Source of the DNA: Raja brachyura
Lineage: Eukaryota
Direction: 5' to 3'
Assembly (NCBI GenBank): GCA_963514005.1
Contig: OY740809.1
Coordinates: 14,074,001 to 14,138,000 of the forward strand
DNA length: 64,000 nt
Shown one piece after another: positions 1-9,447 of the stretch. The translations under genes and the position numbers were made by a program. The notes beneath the pieces are model-generated. The model saw only the letters and a program-made list of their open reading frames with translations. It did not search any database and had not been told where the DNA came from. How positions within the stretch are numbered: the first letter of the stretch is position 1; each line of letters begins with the position of its first letter.

Positions 1-444
1 ACTGCTGCACCACTGTGCTACCCTAGAGCTAGTTATTGATTTCCCTATCCTGGAAAAAAAGAGTGTGCATTTACCCTATCCCCCTTCCTGACCCACACAC
101 CACAATCAGTGAGGATAGATCACAGAACATCTTCCATTATCATTCTCAACACCATAGAAACATAGAAAATATGTGCAGGAATAGGCCATTCAGCCCTTTC
201 AGCCAGCACTGCCATTCAATATAATAGTAAGATTAAACAAGAACTTACCAGTTTGAAGTTTGATCTTTATTTTTATGAGGAGTTACGATGAGGGAGTACG
301 TGAAGAACCCCTTCAGCCCGCATGCGTGTCAATCTTCGAAGCAGCGGTGTGAAGTCACAGATAACAGTTGGTGAACTGATGATAGTAAGATTCGAGAACT
401 AGAACTACCAGTTATGTTTTATGAGGAGGGTTGGGAGCGGAGGG

Positions 445-557
445 CACGTAATCCCTCATCGTAACTCCTCATAAAATAAAGATCAAACTCCAAACTGGTA
501 AGTTCTCATTTAATCTTACCATTTTACTTCGGAGTCACGTGAGTGACTACGTGAAGA
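445..557. repeat. ICR of DIRS-A (inverted copy of the right end fused at ATT 521-523 to the left end)
   Basis: 445-523 is the reverse complement of about 223-302; 521-557 is the reverse complement of about 9187-9223. Confidence 0.92.
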
Positions 558-771
558 TTTTGAAGCTCTGTGATTTCATGCCGTGGAACGAGTCCATGCG
601 TCACACACTACAATGATTGACCAAGGAAGAGTGGAAAATCAAGTATTCAGTTATAACATAAATTTTGAACACGCTGAAAAATATTTAATGGACAAATTAT
701 AATAGAAAAACCCTCTTACACTCGAGAGGGGTTTACAAAACAGTACTTAAAATAGAGTTTGCAAAATCATT

Positions 772-1012
772 TCACCTGGTTACAGGTTTATTATAAAACG
801 TCTGGAACGTGCGTTCTGAGAACCATCCTGCGGCCGCTAGGATTTGGTCCAATGGGACATCCAGGACCCTTGCTGCAGACGTAACTGCAGCCCTGGTGGA
901 ATGAGATTTGAACACATCAGTGTCTATACCAGGATCAGCCAGAACATGCTTTAACCAGCTGGAGATGGTTTGAGCTGAAACCTTTTTATGCGGTTTCTTG
1001 TGACTGATAAAT
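772..1012 (-). pseudogene. DIRS-A tyrosine recombinase, C-terminal part
   Basis: Translates FISHKKPHKKVSAQTISSWLKHVL...FKSHSTRAA...AAGW...FYNKPV, with the HxxR, W and Y catalytic residues. Confidence 0.9.
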
Positions 1013-1128
1013 AATAGTAAGATTAAACGAGAACTTACCAGTTTGAAGTTTGATCTTTATTTTATGAGGAGTTGCGATGAGGGATTTCATGAAGAACCCG
1101 CCAGCACGCATGCACGACATTCTTCAAA

Positions 1129-1398
1129 GCAGCGGTGTGGAATCACAGAACCAACAAAACACAGAAATGACTTGTTATAGTAAGATTGAAGAGACTCTAA
1201 TTACCAGTTGACTTTATGATCGAGGGTTGGGAGCGGAGGGCACGAAATCCCTCATCGCAACTCCTCATAAAATAAAGATCAAACTTCAAACTGGTAAGTT
1301 CTCGTTTAATCTTACTATTTCATTTCGGAGTCACGTGAGTGACTTCGTGAAGACTTCAAAGCTCTGTGATTTCATGCCCTGGACAACGTCCATGCTGT
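1129..1398 (+). ncRNA. Candidate structured antisense RNA or ssDNA module enclosing the ICR of DIRS-B (homologues at 341-600 and 56729-56993)
   Basis: Hand-derived nested stems are conserved in three divergent copies, with G-U-compatible changes on this strand and a GUGA tetraloop hairpin. No expression data. Confidence 0.45.
1241..1353. repeat. ICR of DIRS-B (junction ATT at 1317-1319)
   Basis: Near-perfect reverse complement of 1013-1091 joined to the reverse complement of 6339-6375. Confidence 0.95.
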
Positions 1399-1501
1399 CA
1401 CACACGCCACTGTAAGGATGGACAGGAGTAATCAAATTTTCAGACTGCTTATTCTGAAAAATAATAATATTTATTAATAATAACAAAAAAGAAAAAAACC
1501 C

Positions 1502-2485
1502 TCACTGGGGAGTAGTCGTATGTTCTCGGCCTGCATTCAGCACGGCTTCTGCGAACATTCCAGGAGCGATAACAGGTTTATTATAAAACCGCTGAAAGGT
1601 GGCTTCACTGGCCCATCCCGCTGTGGCAAGAATATGGTCCATGGGCACCTCCATGACCTTTGCCGCCGACGTTGATGCAGCCCTGGTGGAATGGGATTTA
1701 AAAACATTAGTATCAATACCTGCTTCGTTCAAAACGATCCTGAGCCATCTGGAGATTGTCTGTACTGTCACTCTATGGTGAGGTTTTTTGTGGCTGATTA
1801 GCAGTTATTGCTCCATTCCCCTTAATTTCCGCGTCACTTTAATATAGTGGCGGATATGGGTGGCTAAACATAGCCTGGCATCAGCGGGGTATGTTGGAAA
1901 CACCAGCTGCAGCCCTGTGAATCCAGGTCTATGCTGCTGAAGCAATTCATCAATGAAGAAAATAACCTTCTCTGGGGTAGAGATCATTCTGTCAATCTTG
2001 ACCTTGTGAAGAGTCTGTACCCTTTGTGCCGAAGTAAGTGCCAATAACATCACCAACTTCAGGGTGAGTTTGTCCAATTCAAGCCCAGCCATGGGCGACC
2101 ACGTCCTGAGTAGGGTCAGTACTTTCCCAATGTCCCAGGTGATGTTGTAACGGGGTCTTGGCGGGTTGGAATTAAATATTCCCCGAATCAGTTTGGACAC
2201 CAGTTTGTTGGATCCTACCTCAATATTGAGGTAGGATGATAGTGCACTCCTGGCGCTATTGATGGCACTGTAGCTGAGGTGTTCGTCATGGTGTAACCCC
2301 GCAAGGAATTCCAGCACATCTGTGATTGAAACGGAGTCATATGCAATGTCCAAGCGGCCGCAGTAGGTTTCCCATTTTCTGATGTGTGATAAATATTGCC
2401 GTCTTGAGGACTCCCTGCATGATGCTCCCATGGTATCCATAGTCCTTGATGAGAGACCATACTGCAGTAATGGTCTGTTCAAATC
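1502..2485 (-). pseudogene. DIRS-B tyrosine recombinase (one in-frame stop at 1805-1807)
   Basis: ORFs 1805..2491 and 1502..1771 are in the same frame. Motifs SAQR, HSTR, AGW, FYNK. Confidence 0.93.
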
Positions 2486-2487
2486 CT

Positions 2488-4518
2488 TCAAGCCAATAAA
2501 TTCAAGTGACTATGGCAGGGATGTGGTTCCCCTGTAACAGGGTTCGTCACCAATTGTGGGCAACCCTCTAAGAGGACCCATGGTTGACTGATCATACCAA
2601 GGACCACTGGATACCATGACTGAGTAGGCCAGTCGGGTATGATAAGAATGCCATTAGCAGCATCTAGCTGGATTTTCCGCAATACCCGACTGATGAGGCA
2701 AAATGGAGGAAATGCATAGAAAAACCATTTCCCCCAATCTAGCGAGAAAGCGTCCATCGCCATTGCCCCAGGATCTGGTTCCCATGATACGTATGTTGGT
2801 ACCTGATGGTTCAACCGTGACGCAAAAAGGTCAATATCCGGTTTACCAAATTTGGCTGTAATTTTGGTGAATATTTGGGGATTCAACATCCACTCGATGT
2901 TGTCATTAAATTTCCGTGACCTGGTGTCCGCCACTGTGTTGAGCTTACCTGGTAAATAGGTAGCTGAAATCCAAATATTCCGTTGTATGTACCAGAGCCA
3001 AATTGTATTAGCCAATTCATCACATGAAATTGACCTGGTACCGCCCATATGATTTAGATATGCCACCGCAGTGGTGTTGTCTATTTGGAGACGGACATGA
3101 GTGTCAGTAATGTTTGAACAATAAGCTCTGAGTCCGTGGAATGCTCCTAGCATCTCCAAATAGTTTATCCCTTGTGCTAACAAAAGGGTAGATTCAAGTG
3201 AGTCCCATCTGCCCCCACAACTAGTGTTGTTGTCCGTAGCTCCCCAGTCATGGGAGCTTGCATCTGTTTGTAAGTATACCACCGGACGAGGCACAATGAT
3301 GGGTTTGAATGAGTTATGGATATTGTCAATCCACCATTGTAACTCAATTTTTGCCTTAAGTGGCAGCTGCATAGGTCTATCAAAATGTCCAGCATTCAAT
3401 ATTAACACTGAAATCTTGGATCTTTGTAAATTTTGATAATGTAAAGGTCCGAATTGAGCAGCTGGAAAAACTGCTACGATTTTTCCAATTACCTTAGCAG
3501 TTTGTCTGATTGATGGTATACTGGCGCAGACCAGGTTCTTGCATGCTTGAAAGACATCCCCAACTTTGTTAGTTGGTATGGTGGGAATCATGCGATTGGA
3601 ATCTACCGGGAACCCCAGATAGTCCATGATCTGTGAAGGACAGAACTTTGATTTATCTGGATGGATAATGAATCCCATTTTTTGAAATATTTCCACAGTG
3701 GCTGAAACTGCCAATTTCGCTGACTCCAGTGTATGCCCAAAAATTAGGATATCATCCAGATAAGCCATGACCGTATGATTTTGCCTCCTCAGTGTTGCTA
3801 GCACTGGCTTGAGTAATTTAGTAAACAGTCTGGGGGCTGTGGTAAGCCCATTGGGCAAAGCTTTGTATTGCCAAAGTTGATCCATCCAGGTAAATTTCAA
3901 GAACTTCCTGTGATGTTTCTGAATGGATACTGAACAGTATGCATCTTTTAAATCAATGCATGCCATGAAGCAGCCCTCAGAAATCAAAGATTTGGCTGTT
4001 TCGAACGTGTCCATTTTGAAATGTGTATATTTTACAAAGGTATTCAAATGGGTTAGATCTATAATGACCCGACATCCACCATCTTTTTTGGTTTTTGTAA
4101 ATATATTAGATACAAATTCAATTGGTTCATGTGTAGTCCTTTCTATCACACGTTTCTCTTGTAGTCTCAAGATTTCAGCATAGCCTACTGCTGTTTCCTT
4201 CCTGGAAAGTGCAAATTTGCGATTCGGCATATGCTGAGGTGGAGGAATTTGGCCATTTATGAACTCAATCTCATAGCCCTGAATACTTTGTAAGATAAAC
4301 TCATCTGAGGTGATGGTTTCCCATGCCTCCTTAAATCCCCGTAGTCTACCCCCAACATGTGAGGTTAGACATGCAAGTGCATGGAATCCAGACCGCCTTA
4401 CCTTCATGGTTATTGGTGGTCCCTGACGTGTTTGGTGGGACGTGGAGGTGCTGGGTTGCGCTGGTAATGTGGAAACTGCATTTTCCATGCTGGCCGTTGA
4501 GGGCCTAGCCCTAAAAAA
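2488..4518 (-). CDS. pol: DIRS-B pol: reverse transcriptase, RNase H and Dam-like methyltransferase domain
   Basis: DLKDAY, LPNGL, YLDD (RT); TDAS, INYLE, DNTTA (RNase H); DLFAS, DAFSLDW, YAFPPF (MT). The frame is open back to the slippery site at 4512-4518, and the C-terminus is clipped by TGC>TGA relative to copy C. Confidence 0.93.
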   Translation of the reverse strand, partial: FFRARPSTASMENAVSTLPAQPSTSTSHQTRQGPPITMKVRRSGFHALACLTSHVGGRLRGFKEAWETITSDEFILQSIQGYEIEFINGQIPPPQHMPNRKFALSRKETAVGYAEILRLQEKRVIERTTHEPIEFVSNIFTKTKKDGGCRVIIDLTHLNTFVKYTHFKMDTFETAKSLISEGCFMACIDLKDAYCSVSIQKHHRKFLKFTWMDQLWQYKALPNGLTTAPRLFTKLLKPVLATLRRQNHTVMAYLDDILIFGHTLESAKLAVSATVEIFQKMGFIIHPDKSKFCPSQIMDYLGFPVDSNRMIPTIPTNKVGDVFQACKNLVCASIPSIRQTAKVIGKIVAVFPAAQFGPLHYQNLQRSKISVLILNAGHFDRPMQLPLKAKIELQWWIDNIHNSFKPIIVPRPVVYLQTDASSHDWGATDNNTSCGGRWDSLESTLLLAQGINYLEMLGAFHGLRAYCSNITDTHVRLQIDNTTAVAYLNHMGGTRSISCDELANTIWLWYIQRNIWISATYLPGKLNTVADTRSRKFNDNIEWMLNPQIFTKITAKFGKPDIDLFASRLNHQVPTYVSWEPDPGAMAMDAFSLDWGKWFFYAFPPFCLISRVLRKIQLDAANGILIIPDWPTQSWYPVVLGMISQPWVLLEGCPQLVTNPVTGEPHPCHSHLNLLA

Positions 4519-6173
4519 GGCCTGGGCTGTTGAGGCTGTTGGTATAGAGGAGGTGCCGGAACGTAGGTCCTTGCTGGCCTTTCGGTTTGACCTCGTGGCC
4601 TGAAAAAAGGTGTTTTCTTGGCCGTTTGTCTGGTCAAGGTATGTGACCTCATAAGACCCACTGTTTTGGCATGGTCATCTAAATCTTTGACCTGCTTCGG
4701 GAGGTCTTCTCCGAATAGCTGTCTGGGTGGTGGTGTTGGAGGTGCTCTGCATAGCCCCGCAAATTTGGTGTTTAATGTAGGCTTGATGATGCTTTTCCTA
4801 AAAGCATTGATCGCATATTGCGTATTGCAAAGTAGCGCCAGAGCATCCTCCTGTTCGGTGTTCAAGTCCACTCCATCCACCGACCTCGCAAACGCGGTAA
4901 TCCCAGATGTGAGTAATTTAAGGATTCTTTGCAATTTTACTTCCTGAGCTCTAATGCCCGGGCTGATATTGCCCCAAATTGGCATATTCACAATAGGCAC
5001 ATTGAGCGAGTTGCAATTCCCCGGTGCCTTGTGTCTGTCCATGGCCTTTGCAAGGACCTCCTCCTGTAGCTGATGGTTGGTGAGGAAATCTATGGTAGCA
5101 GCCAGCTTAGTATTGAGGGGTTGTCCCGATGATACGGGTAATCCAAACTTGGCTGCCACATCCAGGAGCTCTTCCTGGGGAACCTCAGGTGCTACAGGGG
5201 CATGTACCAAGATCTCCTCCTCTTCTGGCCTCATGCTATCCATGGATGATGGGGATATATCCATGAGTCCCCTGGAACTGTGTGTTTCCCGCCTTTGATT
5301 TTGCAGGACTTGTTCCAAAATCCTCTCCATCCGATCAATGTGCCCTTCATCGTGCGTGAATGGGCGGTCAGAGTCCTCATGCCCGAAGGAACTTCTGAGG
5401 CTCCTATCATCGGCCCGTACCTCGTCGAGGTAATATCGGTGCCGTGACGATAAGTCGCTACCAGCCGCCTCAGCGAAACTGAACGACTCCCGCGTGGATC
5501 TGCTCATATGCCTCCTTTTGGCTGAGCTAAATCCGGCTGCCTCTGAGGGCATATGCGGTGAGAAGTCGGCACCCAACGCCACAGCGTGGTGACCCGACAT
5601 CCGCGCGGGCTTGCCGACTGTACTTTTCCTGGACCCAGACGGCGTACGGTCCCGTCCCGCCCCCAGCGGGGGAAGCGGTAACCGTGGCGAGACTCCACCT
5701 GTGTGACTCCTCCTGGCCCAACTAGGTGGTGAGTCTCCACTGGCCCTTCCTGGTCTGCCAGTGGACTCGGGTCTCGCTGATTCACCAGGCCGCAATCTTG
5801 CGGCTCCTGGTGAAACCTCTGCCCGAAAAGGGCTAGGTTGTCGAGCTCTATCCCTGGCTCCTCCATGAGGGCTCAGGGAGAAGGGCCGTGCAGCAGCACG
5901 TGAACCCCGTTTGCTCGCCTCTGCCAATGATCCTGTTGGCGGTAATGAAATGGAGTCAGTGTCTACCTGCTCCGGCGCTGTACCAACTTCTTGCTCTGCG
6001 GGAACCCCGCTAGTGCTCAGCTGTGTCGGTGATTCGGGTCCTGTGACTACAGGGCTCCCCGATTTGCGCGCCTTTTTCCCGGCCCGTCCAACGGGTGCTG
6101 TAGAAGGGAGCTCCGGGATAGGTGGCCGGCAACTCCTTCCGGATGTTCTGCGGCCCGTACTCCTCTTGTCCAT
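4410..6173 (-). CDS. gag: DIRS-B ORF1 (gag-like), 587 aa
   Basis: First ORF of the element. R/S/P-rich N-half; C-half (PxNCxSLxVPxVNxxIW...LFGEDL) is shared with copies A and C. Confidence 0.88.
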   Translation of the reverse strand: MDKRSTGRRTSGRSCRPPIPELPSTAPVGRAGKKARKSGSPVVTGPESPTQLSTSGVPAEQEVGTAPEQVDTDSISLPPTGSLAEASKRGSRAAARPFSLSPHGGARDRARQPSPFRAEVSPGAARLRPGESARPESTGRPGRASGDSPPSWARRSHTGGVSPRLPLPPLGAGRDRTPSGSRKSTVGKPARMSGHHAVALGADFSPHMPSEAAGFSSAKRRHMSRSTRESFSFAEAAGSDLSSRHRYYLDEVRADDRSLRSSFGHEDSDRPFTHDEGHIDRMERILEQVLQNQRRETHSSRGLMDISPSSMDSMRPEEEEILVHAPVAPEVPQEELLDVAAKFGLPVSSGQPLNTKLAATIDFLTNHQLQEEVLAKAMDRHKAPGNCNSLNVPIVNMPIWGNISPGIRAQEVKLQRILKLLTSGITAFARSVDGVDLNTEQEDALALLCNTQYAINAFRKSIIKPTLNTKFAGLCRAPPTPPPRQLFGEDLPKQVKDLDDHAKTVGLMRSHTLTRQTAKKTPFFRPRGQTERPARTYVPAPPLYQQPQQPRPFLGLGPQRPAWKMQFPHYQRNPAPPRPTKHVRDHQ

Positions 6174-6375
6174 GTCCCTGTTGGAGAAAAAATATACTCA
6201 AAACAGGAACAACCAGCTCAAGGTTGTCTATACTTACCTGAGTGGCCCTTATGAAGGGCTGGTGGTGAGCCGCGCTCCACCTCCAGCCGTCGACTGCAAA
6301 TGCGAGCGACGATATGTCGCGCACGCGTGCTGGCGGGTTCTTCACGAAGTCACTCACGTGACTCCGAAATGAAAT

Positions 6376-7063
6376 GTTAGTTCTGACCCCCTAAGAACCT
6401 TGGTTGTTTTAATATATTGGTGGAGGTGTGTGACCAAGCATAATCGGGGGTCCAAGGGGTATGCCATAAATTGTAGCTTAAGACCCGAAACACCAGGTCT
6501 GCTCTGTTTTATTAGATCATGTACAAAAAACTTTATTTCACTGGCAGAAATCACCATCCTATCCAGATGCAGCTTCTGTAATGACTGGACCCGTTGAGCT
6601 GATACTAAAGCCACGAGCATCACTACTTTGTAAGTAAGCCAGAGAAGGGACAGGGATGTAGCTGGAGCCCATTGGCGAAGTCATGTTAAAACCACACCTA
6701 CATCCCATATTTTGATATACCTGGACCTGGGAGGGTTTAAGTTAAAAATACCCCCTCGTGAATCTGGATATTAATGGATGGGACCCAACAGAGTGACCTG
6801 AGCTTGGCAACAAATATGATGACAACGCATTTTTGGCACAATTCAGAGCACTGTAGCTCAACCTCTCGTCAAAGTTTTGAGAGAAATTCCAGAATGTTGG
6901 TTATGTGCGCTGTCTCATATATGACGTTAGTTTGCAAACATAATTCTTCCCATTTCTTTATGTAGGAGACATATTGTTTTTTAGTGCTGTCTCTCCAGGC
7001 CGTAGTTAGTACATCCACTGTACGGTCAGCCAGTCCAATCCCGAGAAAGGGTCTTCTTAGAAT
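6376..7063 (-). pseudogene. DIRS-A tyrosine recombinase, N-terminal part (a few frameshifts)
   Basis: ORFs 6869..7069 and 6354..6623 (SAQRVQSL). Joins in frame to 772-1012 as ...RGSELT|LFISHKKPH. Confidence 0.9.
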
Positions 7064-7970
7064 CTGCAAACCAATACGTTTTTAGCTGATCATGTAGGGG
7101 ATGTTCTTCCCCAGTGGGGTGGATAACAGATTCTAGCATTTAGGAACCTCCATAAGGGTTCCATGATCACACCCAGAATGAGTGGATACCATGGTTCAGT
7201 GGCCCTATCAGGGCTATTAGAATGCCCGAGCCAGAGTCTTGTTTGACTTTGAGTAGGCATCGACAGACAAGGCAGAATGGGTAGAACATAGAAACCTTAT
7301 TCATCCCAATGTAGTGAGAATGCATCAATCGCTACCGCCCTTAGGTCCTGGTTTGCAACCAATATACTTTGTAATCTTTAGACTTAAGTCTGAACACAAC
7401 AAACTTATATCCGGTGTAGCATACCTAGAGATAATATTATTAAGTGCCTTATGATTCAACATCCATTTTGTGTTGTCATTAATTGCGTGGCCTGGTGCAC
7501 CATAGCTGGCAGATAGATAGCTGAAACCCAAGTAATTCTTGGAAACACCAGTGCAAATTGTATTAATATTATTTTTTTTTAATTCATCATGGAAACTTAC
7601 TGGATTCAACCCCTGTGACAAAGGTAGACTTACAGAGGTGTTTCATTTAGATTGAGCTGGATGTATGAGAAAACCCCAAATCGCTCTAACAAGCATTTGG
7701 CGGTTGGGACCGCTGAAATAGCTAATTTTTGAGTTTTTAGAATTTGTGAAGCAACCTGGGTGCTGAAGTTAACCCATTAGCCAAGGCTTTAAACTGCCAT
7801 GGTTGCCATCCAGTTGAATTCAGTTATTCCCGGTGATCCTATAAATAGGCACCAAATAGTATAAACGTGGAGTTTATCCAACATCCAAACTAAACGTAAT
7901 TCCCCACCAACATGTGATTGCGCCACACACTGCGCATTTAGAGAAACCCAGATCACCTACCTCCATGGTT
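7064..7970 (-). pseudogene. DIRS-A pol remnant, heavily deleted (about 0.9 kb versus about 2.0 kb)
   Basis: Scattered remnants WQFKALANGLTSAPR, NDNTKWMLN, PFCL; no YLDD visible. Confidence 0.75.
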
Positions 7971-9021
7971 GCTGGTTCATATGTGGTGTGTACTGGCGTG
8001 CGCCAATTGCCACTGTTTGGAGTCTGTTGGCCTGAGCTTTTCCCCAGAAAAAGCCTGGTACTGTCTCCTGTAGACCATCTGCTGCTAGCAGAGGCATATG
8101 CGTGCTGTCGTCGGAATGCTGATGGTCTGTCTGCTGGTGGAGCTCTGAGTTGCCCCACCACCTTTGATTCATCGTCCAACTCTTTAATTTGTTTGGACAA
8201 GTCCTCCCCAAATCAATAATTGGGCGGCTGCACATTGGTTGACTTACATAATCCCGCAAACTTGGAATTAAGTACCGGACGAATGGCATTTTTCCTGAAA
8301 CAATTTATCTGGAAATGTGCATTGCACATCAGAGCCAATGCGTCTTGTTGAACCTCTGACAGGGAGCTTGTATCTACAGACCTGGCAAAGACAGTGACTC
8401 CAGCAGCTAGCAGGCTCAGGATTCTTTGAAGTTTTACCTCCTGAGTCTTAATGCCTCCTCCCATGTAACTCCAAATAGAGCTATTGACAGTCGGGACTTT
8501 TAGCGAGGCGCAGTTGCTGGGTGTCTGATACTTCATTGCTGTTTCCAGCATTATCTGCTCCTGTAGTTGATGAGAGGTCAGATAATTTATACTGGCCGCT
8601 AACTCAGGATTCAACGGCTCACTGACTTGAGACGGCATTGCAAACTTGGACACCATGGAGGGCACTGTTGTTTCTTGTAGGTCTAGTGCCGCGGGGCATT
8701 CTATCATGGCCCTGAAGGGTGAGCCCGCCCAGGGCTGTTGACCTACACTCCCTTCTTTAGACAGGGAGATATAACGCAGCCCTGCACCAGGCGCTCCCGG
8801 CCGGACTCATCCGAGAAAACCGGCCTGTTGGTTTTGCGCTTGGCCTTCCTGACTATCGGGGTAACCAAGGTGTCTTCTATAGACGCTGTGTCAGACGTTG
8901 CTGGCTGTGCTACCAGTGACCGAGACCGTGAGACCGACGGCCGCCCGCTAACCGCACTCCCGCGGTCATTTGAAACAGTTCTCCCCGCGGCGTGCCTGGT
9001 CTTCACCCTGGTCTTGTCCAT
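7957..9021 (-). pseudogene. DIRS-A gag-like ORF (frameshifted, shorter N-terminus)
   Basis: ORFs 8743..9057, 8213..8707 and 7874..8200 are collinear with the gag of B and C. Confidence 0.85.
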
Positions 9022-9447
9022 TACGAAAATTGCTACCCAAATGTAACATGGAAACAAAAACGAACGCCGGTTAAGTTTGAAACTTTCCTGGAGGTCTTTA
9101 AACTTACCACTGGAGGAGCGAAGCGCCTCCCAGCCAGTCGCAGCGCCATGCGTTGATGTAATGACACCAATGCGGGCTGACAGGGCTCTTCACGTAGTCA
9201 CTCATGTGGCTCCGAATTAAAATCATGGCTGATCATCCAGAATCAGTACCCCGTTCCTGCTTTCTCCCCATATCCTCGATTCCGTTAGCCCTAAGAGGTA
9301 AATCTAACTCTCTCTTGAATACATCCAGTGAATTGGCCACAACTGCCTTCTTTGGCAGAGAATTCCACAGATTCACAACTCTCTGGGTGAAAAAGATTTT
9401 TCTCATCTCAGTCGTAAATGGTCTACCCCTTATTCTTAAACTTTGAC

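Larger units (their letters stand above)
1013..6375 (-). mobile_element. DIRS1-type retrotransposon, copy B, full length, nested in the YR gene of copy A
   Basis: gag, pol (RT/RNase H/MT) and YR ORFs. Short ITR core about 1086-1119 versus about 6314-6347. ICR 1241-1353. AAT at 1013-1015 and 6373-6375. Confidence 0.96.
223..9223 (-). mobile_element. DIRS1-type tyrosine-recombinase retrotransposon, copy A (about 3.6 kb after removing nested B; pol eroded)
   Basis: Right end aatagtaagatt... at 223, left end ...cacgtagtcactcatgtggctccgaattaaAAT at 9223, ICR 445-557, gag/pol/YR remnants. AAT at 223-225 and 9221-9223. Confidence 0.93.

Noticed and set aside
1013-6375. Prophage or Crypton reading of the integrase and Dam-like genes
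   Set aside because: Linked RT/RNase H with ITR and ICR architecture identifies a DIRS retrotransposon.
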